Made by a program: the position numbers and the translations under genes | Notes under the pieces: generated by a model | What the model was told of the DNA's origin: nothing | The model's input: only the letters and a program-made list of their open reading frames with translations | Database searches by the model: none | Assembly: GCA_017610205.1 (NCBI GenBank) | Contig: JAFCCL010000004.1 | Coordinates: 1-64,000 of the forward strand | Source: Candidatus Iainarchaeum sp. | GTDB lineage: Archaea > Iainarchaeota > Iainarchaeia > Iainarchaeales > GCA-2688035 | Direction of reading: 5' to 3' | DNA length: 64,000 nucleotides | Part shown: positions 47,561 to 57,405 of the stretch, piece after piece | Position numbering within the stretch: the stretch's first letter is position 1 | Layout of the letters: the number at the start of each line of letters is the position of its first letter

Positions 47561-48772
47561 ATGGAAATAAATCTTGAAAAAAAACACTTTGCAATAATTG
47601 CAGCATTTTGCTTAATTCTGACAACAGGATTAGTTGCAGCAAACCAGGACATGATTCTAAAACTGGCAGCACCAACAACAGACATACTACCAGGAAGAAC
47701 AGTTGGACACAGTTCTGAAGACGTTGTAGTAAACCTTGATGACCTGCTAACAGGCGGCGCACTATGCACAGGAGACATGGGTTTGCAGGAAGCAATAGAC
47801 AACGGCTGCTTTGGAACAGGCGGTGGATTTTTTGGTGACTGGGTTGATATGGGATCTGCTTCAAATAATCACGGACCTGTAGCAACAGACGGGATAGTTG
47901 TTACATATAGTGATGGTGATAGTAACCCTATAGGATATACTGATAGCAGTAGTTCTCCAACTAGGGTAATATCTGGTTTGAATGGATGGAAAAAAGGTTT
48001 TACTATGCCTGTGAAAAAAGGGGATTATTGGAGAGTTGAAGATACAACTAAAAGTTGGTGGATTCCACTAATTGGAGGGGAAAGCGAAGGCAGTTCCGGC
48101 ACATCACTTCCACCATGCTCTAACGACCAGCTCATCCAATATAATTCTGTTGCAGGAGAGTGGGAGTGCGCTGATAGCTGTGCAAATGGGCAAATACTCC
48201 AGTATAATTCAGCATCAGACAGCTGGGAATGTGCTGATTTAATCGGAGTAGCCGGAGCAAGCCTTGGAGAATGGGACTCAACCGACTTAGGACAGGTTGG
48301 AGGAACAGGAACTACCTTGGCTCGTGAAACTATATATCAGGCAATTGGAGACGGTTTTGTTGTAGCTGAAATGATTGCAGGCCACTGTGGACAGGGGATT
48401 GAAGGTTATACTGACAGCGAAAGCAATCCAACTACTTTAAGAGTTCAAAATGGAAGTGGCTACATTGATACTGGCGGAGCAGGCATTACAATGCCTGTTA
48501 AGGCAAATGATTTCTGGAGAGTAAAAAGAAAGAGAACCGATGGGTATTGTGACGGCCCGGTTAATATTTACTGGATTCCACTGATTGGAGGAGGCTCTGC
48601 AGGAGACACTTGTTATTGGACAGGGTATACGGCATGCAGTGCGGATGAAATGGGCATAACAGAGTGTGCTATAGGAGAAGTTATGACCGGTTTTGATTTA
48701 AGAGGTTGTGCTGAGGGCTTATGCGGTGACATAACACGCTGCAGGAAATACAAAATTAAGTGCTGTAATTAA
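47561..48772 (+). CDS. Fibre/adhesin-like protein with two tail-fibre-like modules
   Basis: N-terminal hydrophobic segment; two DG.VV..GYTDS.S.PT..TMPVK..D.WRV..WIPLIGG modules; C..Q..QYN....WECAD linkers; Cys-rich end. Confidence 0.7.
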   Translation: MEINLEKKHFAIIAAFCLILTTGLVAANQDMILKLAAPTTDILPGRTVGHSSEDVVVNLDDLLTGGALCTGDMGLQEAIDNGCFGTGGGFFGDWVDMGSASNNHGPVATDGIVVTYSDGDSNPIGYTDSSSSPTRVISGLNGWKKGFTMPVKKGDYWRVEDTTKSWWIPLIGGESEGSSGTSLPPCSNDQLIQYNSVAGEWECADSCANGQILQYNSASDSWECADLIGVAGASLGEWDSTDLGQVGGTGTTLARETIYQAIGDGFVVAEMIAGHCGQGIEGYTDSESNPTTLRVQNGSGYIDTGGAGITMPVKANDFWRVKRKRTDGYCDGPVNIYWIPLIGGGSAGDTCYWTGYTACSADEMGITECAIGEVMTGFDLRGCAEGLCGDITRCRKYKIKCCN

Positions 48773-48871
48773 AGATAATTGCCAAAAACCTTCTTTTAAA
48801 TATTTTTGCTTTTAGAAGGTTTGTAAGGGGAAATTAAAGGAGATACTTTTTTTCTCTCAATTTTTTTTAAG

Positions 48872-49741
48872 GTGATTTTTTTGAAGGACGGAAGCATTAT
48901 TGAAATAGATTATACAGGAAAGGCAATTTTAACAGGCAATGTTTTTGAATCAACTATTGAAAAAAAGGCAATTGCTGCAGGAATTTTCAGCGAAAAAAAC
49001 CAGTACAAGCCAATGGTTGTAGTTGTCGGAGAAGGCCATGTTTTGCCAGGGCTTGAAAAGACCCTGAAAGAAATTAAACAAGGCGAGGAAAGAAAGGTTT
49101 TGGTAAAGCCGGAAGAAGGATGGGGTGAAAGAAAGCCAGGCAATATTGTAGTTGTTCCACTACAGCAGTTTAAGAAAGAAAAAATGCAGCCATTTCCAGG
49201 GCTTGTTGTTGAAGTAAACGGCAGGCAGGGAAAAATCCAAAGCGTAAACGGCGGAAGAGTAAGGATTGATTTTAACCACCCTCTTGCAGGAAAGGAATTG
49301 GAGTATGAGCTAAAAATTGTCAGGGAAATTACTGCACCAAAAGAACAGGTTGAAGCCCTTTACAAAAAGTATTTTTACATGGTTCCAGACGCTGAAAGAA
49401 AGCTTAAAATAGGGCAGGGTGAAATTGAAGTTAGCTTAAGCCCAAGGTGGAGTGCAAATTTGGCTCCGTTAAAAAAGGCTTTTAGCGATCTTGTTACAAA
49501 GCACGTAAAGGGATTTTCAAAAGTAAAATTTGTTGAAGAATTTGTTGAAAAAAAGGACGCAGGGAAAAAACAGAGAGAAGAAAAGACTGAAAAAAAAGAG
49601 GAATCCGAAAAAAAGGAAACAATTGAAGAAAAGGAAACCGTGAAAAGAAAGCCTGAAGAAAAAGATAAAAAAGAGAAGGGTGAAAAGAAAGCAGATTCCA
49701 AAACAGGAAAAGAACAGACATTAAAGAAGCCTCAAAAGTAG
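48872..49741 (+). CDS. slyD: FKBP-type peptidyl-prolyl isomerase (long archaeal SlyD type)
   Basis: DYTG....G.VFE, GEG.V.PGLE, PEEG.G.R, GRVRIDFNHPLAGK.L; K/E-rich tail. Confidence 0.92.
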   Translation: MIFLKDGSIIEIDYTGKAILTGNVFESTIEKKAIAAGIFSEKNQYKPMVVVVGEGHVLPGLEKTLKEIKQGEERKVLVKPEEGWGERKPGNIVVVPLQQFKKEKMQPFPGLVVEVNGRQGKIQSVNGGRVRIDFNHPLAGKELEYELKIVREITAPKEQVEALYKKYFYMVPDAERKLKIGQGEIEVSLSPRWSANLAPLKKAFSDLVTKHVKGFSKVKFVEEFVEKKDAGKKQREEKTEKKEESEKKETIEEKETVKRKPEEKDKKEKGEKKADSKTGKEQTLKKPQK

Positions 49742-49815
49742 CTTTATAAAGGTTTTCTTGCAAAAGTTTGTCAGAGGCTTTTACTGTTTGTCTCACATTT
49801 TTTGGTGGGTAGTTA

Positions 49816-50454
49816 ATGGAAAATTCTATTAAAGATTTTAAAACAGGAACCACAACAGTTGGATTAATTGCAACAGAATCGGTAATCTTAGCTGCCGACA
49901 TGAGAGCAAGCTTTGGACACATTGCATATGACGAAGAAAGCCAAAAGCTTTACAAAATTACTGACAGAATTGCAGTAACAAATGCAGGATCTGTTGGAGA
50001 CAGCTTAGCACTGATAAGATTTTTAAGAAGCCAGGCAAGATTGTATGAAATTGAAAGAGACAGTAAGATTACACCAAAGGCACTTGTAACATATCTTTCA
50101 AATGTTTTGAATGCTAACAGGTATTATCCTTTTGCAGCCCAGTTTGTTTTGGGAGGATTGAATGACGGGCCAGAACTCTTTGAGCTAACACCATATGGCG
50201 GAATACTGAAAAGGGACAAGTTTGCTGTTTCAGGTTCAGGAACAGAACCGGCAATGACAACACTTGACCAGAATTACAAAAAGGGCATGAGTGAAGAAGA
50301 AGGAATAGCTGTTGCAATAAAGGCTGTTAATGCAGGAAGAAAAAGGGACATTTATTCAGGCGGAAAAAGCATTTCTGTAATGGTAATTGACAGAAAAGGA
50401 ATAAAACAACTAAAGGAAGCAGAAGTAGAAAAATACTTGCTAAAAAAGGCTTAA
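49816..50454 (+). CDS. psmB: Proteasome beta subunit
   Basis: KTG|TTTVG, AAD.RAS, AGSVGD, SGSG, RD..SG. Confidence 0.96.
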   Translation: MENSIKDFKTGTTTVGLIATESVILAADMRASFGHIAYDEESQKLYKITDRIAVTNAGSVGDSLALIRFLRSQARLYEIERDSKITPKALVTYLSNVLNANRYYPFAAQFVLGGLNDGPELFELTPYGGILKRDKFAVSGSGTEPAMTTLDQNYKKGMSEEEGIAVAIKAVNAGRKRDIYSGGKSISVMVIDRKGIKQLKEAEVEKYLLKKA

Positions 50455-50540
50455 CTCCCAAAAAAATGGGAATTTTAAGAAATTTTTTTGCCTTTGAGAA
50501 AAATTCAAAAGCAATCCAACGGCTTGCGGAGAAATTTTAA

Positions 50541-52442
50541 ATGAGTACAATAGACGAAATTAAGGACACAATTCACGGAATTTTGCCTGAAAAATGCCAG
50601 GTTACAAAAATTGAAATGGAAGGACCAGAGGTTGCAATTTACACAAAAAACCCTTCGGCTTTTTTTGAAAATGAAAACTTTGTGGCAAAAACCGCATTTG
50701 AACTAAAGAAAAGGGTAAACATCAGAACTGACAAAAGCCTTTTGATGGATGAAAAAGACGCTGTGGCAAAAGCAAAAGAAATAATTCCAGAAGACGCTGA
50801 TATCAAAGAAATATATTTTGACCAGGCATTTTCAGAAATAACAATTGAGTCAATAAAACCAGGGCTTGTAATAGGCAAGGGCGGCGAAACAAGCAAAAAA
50901 ATAATTCTTGAAACAGGCTGGACCCCAAACATAATCAGGGCACCAACACAGCCTTGTGAAGTACTTAGAGGAATAAGAAACCAGCTTCACAAATACAGCA
51001 ATGAACGAAAAAAGATTTTGAAGGAAACAGCTGAAAAAATTTACTCGGACATAGACCAAAGCCCAAAAGACTGGTTTAGAATAGAGGCATTAGGCGGTTT
51101 TAAACAGGTTGGAAGAAGCTGTGTTTTTCTTGAAACACCGCATACAAAAGTATTGCTTGACTGCGGAATAAATGTTGCAGGCGCAAATGACCCGCTGAAA
51201 AGCTTCCCATACCTCAACATACTGCACATGCCATTAAACGAACTAGATGCAGTGGTTGTAACACACGCACACCTTGACCACTCAGGATTTATTCCATTTT
51301 TGTTCAAAAGCGGTTACAGCGGACCAGTATACTGCACGCCACCAACAAGAGACCTAATGACCCTGTTACAATTTGATTACATTGATGTTTTGGCAAAAGA
51401 AGGAAAGGAAGCGCCATACAATGAAACCGATGTCAAAAAAATGCTAAAATACTGCATTCCAAGAGAATACAGGGAAGTAACAGACATTGCACCAGACATG
51501 AGGCTTACACTGCACAATGCAGCACACATTCTGGGTTCTGCATCAGTTCACATGCATGTTGGAGAAGGAGGACACAATCTTGTATACACCGGGGACATAA
51601 AGTACGGGTTTACAAGGCTGTTTAACAATGTAGACATGCACTACCCAAGGCTTGAAACACTAATAATTGAAAGCACCTACGGAGGCAAAGATGCCATACA
51701 GCCAAACAGGCAGGATTGCGAAGATTACTTACTAAAAGTCATAAAAGAAACAACTGAAAGAGACGGAAACATTTTAATTCCGGTCTTTGCAGTAGGAAGA
51801 GGACAGGAAATAATGCTGGTAATTGAAAACTTTTACAGAAACGGATTACTTGATACAAAATGCTATATTGACGGAATGACAAACCAGGCAAGTGCAATCC
51901 ACACAGCATACCCTGAATATTTAAGAAAAGGAGTTCAAAGAAGAATTCTGCAAAATGACAGCCCCTTCACTGCAGAAATATTTGAACCAATGAACGGCAA
52001 AAAAAGGGAAGAAGTACTACAGGAAAAAGGAGTAATGATAATTGCAAGCAGCGGAATGCTAACAGGCGGAGCAAGTTTGGATTACTTCCAAAGAATGGCA
52101 GAAGATGCAAACAACTGCATGGTTTTTGTAGGATACCAGGGAGAAGGAAGTTTGGGAAGAAAAATTCAAGGCGGATTAAAAATGCTTCCAAGAACAGACG
52201 AAAATGGGCGAACAAAGGCCCTAAACGTAAATATGAGAATTGAAACAATTGACGGCTTCTCAGGACACGCAGACAGAGACCAGCTTTTGGCATATGTAAG
52301 AAACCTAAAGCCAAAGCCAAAAAAGATTTTGGTAAACCACGGTGAAAAAACAAGGGCAGCAGAATTTGCAAGAACACTAAGCAGCAGATTCAAGCTCAAT
52401 GCAAGATCAATAAGCAACCTTGACGCAGTAAGGCTAAAGTAA
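50541..52442 (+). CDS. fttA: beta-CASP ribonuclease aCPSF1 / termination factor FttA
   Basis: KH domains (KPGLVIGK.G), LGG..QVGRS, THAHLDHSG, AAHILGS, GFSGHAD, NHGE; adjacent to psmB. Confidence 0.96.
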   Translation: MSTIDEIKDTIHGILPEKCQVTKIEMEGPEVAIYTKNPSAFFENENFVAKTAFELKKRVNIRTDKSLLMDEKDAVAKAKEIIPEDADIKEIYFDQAFSEITIESIKPGLVIGKGGETSKKIILETGWTPNIIRAPTQPCEVLRGIRNQLHKYSNERKKILKETAEKIYSDIDQSPKDWFRIEALGGFKQVGRSCVFLETPHTKVLLDCGINVAGANDPLKSFPYLNILHMPLNELDAVVVTHAHLDHSGFIPFLFKSGYSGPVYCTPPTRDLMTLLQFDYIDVLAKEGKEAPYNETDVKKMLKYCIPREYREVTDIAPDMRLTLHNAAHILGSASVHMHVGEGGHNLVYTGDIKYGFTRLFNNVDMHYPRLETLIIESTYGGKDAIQPNRQDCEDYLLKVIKETTERDGNILIPVFAVGRGQEIMLVIENFYRNGLLDTKCYIDGMTNQASAIHTAYPEYLRKGVQRRILQNDSPFTAEIFEPMNGKKREEVLQEKGVMIIASSGMLTGGASLDYFQRMAEDANNCMVFVGYQGEGSLGRKIQGGLKMLPRTDENGRTKALNVNMRIETIDGFSGHADRDQLLAYVRNLKPKPKKILVNHGEKTRAAEFARTLSSRFKLNARSISNLDAVRLK

Positions 52443-52478
52443 TTTATTCTAATAGCAAAGCCACCCTAAAAAAACTAC

Positions 52479-52634
52479 ATATACATAACGGCCTTTTTTT
52501 GAAAAATTTCAGAATTTGAAAAAAGAAAAAAAAAAGCAAATATACATAAAAATAAAGGCTAAATTGAACTCTATTTCACGATACAAGGTTAATTTTTTTT
52601 ATATACATAAAAAAAAGCCCAAATTGGGCTTTTT
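52479..52634. repeat. ATATACATAA motif at exact 61-bp period, ending in a palindrome
   Basis: Copies at 52479, 52540 and 52601; AAAAAGCCCAAATTGGGCTTTTT inverted repeat at ~52612-52634. Confidence 0.75.
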
Positions 52635-52654
52635 GAAGCGAAAAGTATTTATAT

Positions 52655-52846
52655 GGGGTTGCGTATAATACTAGTGCTTTGCGAAGGGATCAATATGAAA
52701 ATAAATGAAAGCCACTTTGAAGTGGCAGAATTAAGTTCGGAAAAGGCATCTGAGCTAGGCAAGACTCTAAGCAAAGGGGGCATTACCAAAGCTGATAGCG
52801 AAACTGCTTTTCCCAAAAGGTGTCGGCGGTAATGCCCTTTCACCCC
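52655..52846 (+). ncRNA. Candidate structured RNA of unknown class (overlaps a 45-codon ORF 52695-52832)
   Basis: Nested helices: CTTTGC/GCAAAG, GCCACT/AGTGGC, AGTTCGGA/TCTGAGCT, GGGCATTACC/GGTAATGCCC, GCTGATA/TGTCGGC, CTTTT/AAAAG; G-U pairs favour the + strand. Confidence 0.5.
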
Positions 52847-52919
52847 TATTAAAGCCTTAGCTGCGCTTTCAAGCTTTTTAACTCCCTTTTAAATTCCTTT
52901 TCCAGGCAAATTCTTTTGC

Positions 52920-53414
52920 ATGTGCATTATAATTACAGGAAGCCCAGGTGTTGGAAAAACAAGCGTTGCAAAGGCACTTGGCAAAAAGCTTGGCTATTTA
53001 GTGCTTAACGAAAAGCAGTTTGCTCTGGAAGAAAAGATTGGGAAATGGGACCCTGAAGAAGACGAACTTGTCATTCCCTTGATGCCATATGCAAAGGCCT
53101 TAAACAGGCTTTTTTCAGAAAAGAAAAATGTAATAATTGAAGGCCATCTTTTATGCGAATTAAAGACAAAAGCAGATTTTGTGGTCTTACTAAGAGTGCA
53201 TCCAGAGCTGCTTGAAACAAGGCTGCATTTAAGAAATTATTCAGAGGAAAAGGTTCAGGACAATGTTTTCTGCGAAGGAATTGATTACTGCAAAAAACAT
53301 TTGTTAAAAAATTACCCCAAAAAAAGGATTATAGAGGTGGAAAGTGGGAAAACTATAAAAGAAACATTGAACAGAATAATAAAGGGGCTAAAGGAAAAAG
53401 AAGCCAAAATTTGA
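52920..53414 (+). CDS. AK6/Fap7-type adenylate kinase
   Basis: ITGSPGVGKT, IIEGHL, L..RL..R.Y...KV..N...E. Confidence 0.88.
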   Translation: MCIIITGSPGVGKTSVAKALGKKLGYLVLNEKQFALEEKIGKWDPEEDELVIPLMPYAKALNRLFSEKKNVIIEGHLLCELKTKADFVVLLRVHPELLETRLHLRNYSEEKVQDNVFCEGIDYCKKHLLKNYPKKRIIEVESGKTIKETLNRIIKGLKEKEAKI

Positions 53415-54652
53415 ATTTTTGGAAAAGGTGCAAAGTTATGAATAAGTGGATTTTTCTTGCATTATTAATGCTTTTTTCAGTGCCTGTTGTTTCAGGAGAA
53501 ACTGTTTTTGAAAGAAGCTTTGGAGAAATGGGTTATGAAAGCCTGCTTGTAGAAGGCCCACGCCAAACAGAGTGTTTTGAAGCAGAATTCTTATATCCAA
53601 AGGATATTGCAGTAGAAAGCGATGAAATATACCCAATTGCATCAATTGGCATGGAAATAGGGCCTGTACAGGAAGGAAAAATAGATGTAAATGCCTTTTT
53701 GAACAGCAAAGAAATTGCAAACCTTACATTGGAAGATTTCAAATGCAGTGAAGAAAAATGCTGGGAAAGACTTGCATTGCCAAAGGATTTGCTGCTTGAA
53801 GAAGAAAATTCATTGCAGATATGCCTTGGAACAGGCAATAGCATAACAAGCATAATGCTTGACAAGAACTCAGGAATAGGACTTTACAAAGCAGCAGATT
53901 TTTCAGAAGAAAGCGCGTTTAGCACAGCTGCAGAAAAAACAGATTTGGTAAAAGGCGAAAAAACAACAATAAAAATACTTCTACATAACTTAGGGAGTGC
54001 TGCAACAAATGTAAAAGTAGAGTTTGCAAGACCTTTGGCAGAGGACAAAAATGCCTTTTCAGTTGTTGAAGGGAATACATATTACACAGGCGAAATAGCC
54101 CCTGACCAGGAAATTAAATTAGAGTATGTTGTAAAACCAAGAAGGGCAGTGCACATGACTTTGCCTCCTGCAATAGTTTATTTTGAAAATCCTTTTGGGG
54201 AAACTGAATCAAAATTCAGCAACCTTGTTGAATTGAATGTAAGGGAACCTGAAAGAAAAATAGAGGCCTTTGTTGTAAAAGAGGAGGAAACAAGCAGTAT
54301 TGGAAGCCCTATTGAAATGAAGCTTGCTGTAAAAAATGTTGGAAACGACCCGCTTTACAGCCTGAGCACAAGCATTGAATCAGAAGCAGAAATAAGCCAG
54401 CTTGAAAAAACCATTGAGGTATTGCAGCCAAAGGAAACAAAATATTTGCAATTTTCCATTAACAGCAGCAAGCCAGGAAAATTCCCAATAGGCTGCACAA
54501 TAACATATACTGACGCCAATGTTTCTGAAAGCAAATGCCAAAACAGCTTTGCAGAATTTGTACAGCCGGAAATAAATCCAATAATTTACATAGCAATTGC
54601 ATTTATCATAATCGCAATCGGAATTTACCTATACATTATGAAAACAGGGTAA
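53411..54652 (+). CDS. Secreted Ig-like (BatD/CARDB-type) protein with C-terminal TM
   Basis: Signal peptide, N.G..A.NV, LPPA.V.F, VKN.G..PL motifs, terminal TM. Confidence 0.75.
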   Translation: MNFWKRCKVMNKWIFLALLMLFSVPVVSGETVFERSFGEMGYESLLVEGPRQTECFEAEFLYPKDIAVESDEIYPIASIGMEIGPVQEGKIDVNAFLNSKEIANLTLEDFKCSEEKCWERLALPKDLLLEEENSLQICLGTGNSITSIMLDKNSGIGLYKAADFSEESAFSTAAEKTDLVKGEKTTIKILLHNLGSAATNVKVEFARPLAEDKNAFSVVEGNTYYTGEIAPDQEIKLEYVVKPRRAVHMTLPPAIVYFENPFGETESKFSNLVELNVREPERKIEAFVVKEEETSSIGSPIEMKLAVKNVGNDPLYSLSTSIESEAEISQLEKTIEVLQPKETKYLQFSINSSKPGKFPIGCTITYTDANVSESKCQNSFAEFVQPEINPIIYIAIAFIIIAIGIYLYIMKTG

Positions 54653-54686
54653 AAAGAAGGGTGGTAACTTACTAGCGCAAAAAAGA

Positions 54687-57233
54687 CTATTTTTTTCTCA
54701 AAATAAAGACTACAAATGCAAGCAGCAAAGGCAAAATCAGAATATTGAAATCAGGAACAGGAGCAGGTTTTACCAAGGCAACAGTCAGATACTTTACACT
54801 ACTACTGTCATGCAAAACACCAGAGGCATCATAAACTCTGGCATATAATGCATAACGACCTGGTTCCCAATCGCTATTAACATTGAAGAAAAGATTATCC
54901 GGAGGAGTTGGACCAAAGACTACAGGAGAACTGCCAACAGCCTTTGGCAAAGTAGATTTAGTAATTTTTGACACACCTTCTGGATTAATTACATCAAGTT
55001 CAACAGTAGCAAAATCTGAAACACCCCAGTTGCTAACAGTCACAGTAGCCTCAACTACTTCACTAAAACCACTTTCAACAAACACAGAATTTGGCAAAAT
55101 ATCAAAGGAAGCAATATGGAAATCCCAAGGAGTAGAAGGAGTAACTGTTACAGTTACAGTAGCAGTATCAGAATCAATAGCACCAACATTATCAGTAGCA
55201 GTCAAAGAAACAGTAACATCAGTAGAAACAGCAAAATTACAAACAATAGAACCATTATTTGTCTCAGAAGCACCACTACCATCACTAGTATCAGCAGACG
55301 TTATTGTACAATCATCAGAATAATCAGACATCCAACCACAACCACCTGCAGCTATAAAACCATCCGAATCAGAACAACCACCAAGCAAATTAACCACAGC
55401 ACCACTTGCACCAGAATAATTACCATTAGCCTCAGCAACAGGAGCAACATTTGGCAAAGCAACCACTGTAACTGTTACAAAATCAGCAGCAGAACTAGCA
55501 ACACCATCATCAACAATCAATTGAAAAATATAAATTTCACCAGCACTACCAGAAGTAAACGTCGGCTGAAAATTTGAAGAATCATTTAACACAGGACAGG
55601 GATCAGGCGAAGAAGCATTACAAGCCCAAGAATAAGTCAAACAAGTACCAGAAGAATCACCAACAGGACAATCTTCCGGATCAAAAGAACCACTACCATC
55701 CAAACTAACCAAAAGACCAGAAGGCACAGACTGATCAACACCAGCAACAGCAACAGGAGGATTATCAACAGCACTATTAACAGTGATAACCCTGGTATCA
55801 GGGGTTGGGTCCCATGTGCCAGTGCTGTCTTGGACACGATATTTAATTGTGTAACTGCCCCTGTCGTTGAATACTATAAGTCCAGGGTTTTGCCGAATTG
55901 AGGGAAAGCTGGCCGGGCAGATTCCGTTAATTGTTTCACAAGCCCATTCGTTTGCCTGGATTGCATCACAGGAGTCATCGTCCTGTCCTTGACCCTGAAA
56001 GGTTATGCTTTCCCTTTCAAGTATTGACAGGGGATTGCTTAAAGGAGAGGTGATTGTTGATTCAGGAGCATTGTTTAGGGAAACCGGGTTTTCCATGCAT
56101 TTCTGGTAAGGGTAGCTATCGTTTTTGCTTATATCAATGCCCCAGGTGCTTGTGAAATCCCATCCTGTAAAAGTTGATTGTTGTTTCATTTCAGGTGTTG
56201 TTTTGCCTGTTCCACAATCACTTGTGCTAACTCCGGAAGAGTCCGTGTCCCAAAAACAATTGTTACAGTTGCTGCCAGGCAGATTGCCAAAACGTGCCAG
56301 TCCATAGACACAGCCAATGAGGCAGTTTAACCTTAACCCGCTTAGTTGACCTGTTGCAAAAGAGTTTGTTAGTGTAGTTGCCTCGGCATTCCCAATTAAG
56401 CCTCCAACCCATGAACTGCCAGTTCCAACCCCTGCGCCAACACTGCCTCTTGCAAAACTGTTTTGTATTGTTGAAGACTGGTCAGTCCCAATTAGGCCGC
56501 CGGCAAAACTCTGGCCTATTAAAGAATTAGTGGTTATGTTTGCTGTGGAAAAAGAACAATCTATCAAGGTGTTGAGAGCTGATCCAACTAATCCGCCTGT
56601 AAATGCTGGCCCGTTCACTGTTCCGCTGGAAAAAGAGCGGCAAATTTTTGTTGAATTGGCAGTTCCTATTATGCCGCCAACCCATCCTGCATAAGATGTG
56701 CTTTTTGCCACGCCATTAAAGCTTGAGTCAATTATTGTATCAAGCATGCTATTCCCAATTAGACCTCCAACCCGCTTGTTGGCTTTTACTGTTCCGGTGA
56801 CATTGGAGTTTATTATAACTGAACGACTACTTGCCCCAGCAAGCCCTCCGGTGGGACCAAGAGTGCTGTTTCCTGTTATGCTAACGTTCTCAAGGACCAC
56901 ATTTTTTATTGTTGCACGGCGGAGGTTTCCAAACAAGCCAATGCCATCAGAAACTGTTGTTGTGTCAATGTACAGCCCGGTTATTTTGAAGCCTTGGCCG
57001 TTAAGGCTGCCTGTAAACTTGTCGGAGAGTTTGCCTATTGGCGTGAACCCTGTGCCAGTGTTGAAGGGAAAAACATCACAATCAATATTTTTCCCCAAAA
57101 CATAGTATTCATCGAGATTGATATTCATTGCCTGCAGACCAGCACAGTCTGTAATTGTGGTTAGAGCGCTTGCAGTGCCTGCAAACAGCAGTGCAGAAAA
57201 TAGCAATGCAAAAAGAAACGAGATTTTTTTCAT
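54687..57233 (-). CDS. Surface protein: GLUG-repeat domain + PKD domains + PEF-like C-terminal signal
   Basis: GF.PIG...F.G..NG.G..I.GL, GGLIG repeats, WDF...W; PKD N.PPVA.AG; C-terminus PAPVPDF + TM + RKK. Confidence 0.85.
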   Translation of the reverse strand: MKKISFLFALLFSALLFAGTASALTTITDCAGLQAMNINLDEYYVLGKNIDCDVFPFNTGTGFTPIGKLSDKFTGSLNGQGFKITGLYIDTTTVSDGIGLFGNLRRATIKNVVLENVSITGNSTLGPTGGLAGASSRSVIINSNVTGTVKANKRVGGLIGNSMLDTIIDSSFNGVAKSTSYAGWVGGIIGTANSTKICRSFSSGTVNGPAFTGGLVGSALNTLIDCSFSTANITTNSLIGQSFAGGLIGTDQSSTIQNSFARGSVGAGVGTGSSWVGGLIGNAEATTLTNSFATGQLSGLRLNCLIGCVYGLARFGNLPGSNCNNCFWDTDSSGVSTSDCGTGKTTPEMKQQSTFTGWDFTSTWGIDISKNDSYPYQKCMENPVSLNNAPESTITSPLSNPLSILERESITFQGQGQDDDSCDAIQANEWACETINGICPASFPSIRQNPGLIVFNDRGSYTIKYRVQDSTGTWDPTPDTRVITVNSAVDNPPVAVAGVDQSVPSGLLVSLDGSGSFDPEDCPVGDSSGTCLTYSWACNASSPDPCPVLNDSSNFQPTFTSGSAGEIYIFQLIVDDGVASSAADFVTVTVVALPNVAPVAEANGNYSGASGAVVNLLGGCSDSDGFIAAGGCGWMSDYSDDCTITSADTSDGSGASETNNGSIVCNFAVSTDVTVSLTATDNVGAIDSDTATVTVTVTPSTPWDFHIASFDILPNSVFVESGFSEVVEATVTVSNWGVSDFATVELDVINPEGVSKITKSTLPKAVGSSPVVFGPTPPDNLFFNVNSDWEPGRYALYARVYDASGVLHDSSSVKYLTVALVKPAPVPDFNILILPLLLAFVVFILRKK

Positions 57234-57405
57234 ATCCTACATTTGTTTTTTGTTATATTTAAAGGCGGTGGATTTTATTTAAGCGCTTTTTTTAGCCTGT
57301 TTTGGTGCTTCAGCTTTTCTCTATTTTTTTGAACAGTAGCTTTTTTTTGCTTTGGGTGCTTTTTCTTTTTGAAGCGAATGAATAGGGCAATCAAGCAGGC
57401 AAAAA

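Noticed and set aside
52479-52660. Degenerate CRISPR array (61-bp period, ATTGAAC in one unit)
   Set aside because: Only 10 bp shared by all units, spacers are poly-A/T, and no cas genes are present
52655-52846. tmRNA, RNase P RNA, SRP RNA or hammerhead ribozyme
   Set aside because: No T-arm/CCA end, no GAGGAAAGUCC, no SRP helix-8 motif; CUGAUAG does not fit the CUGANGA core
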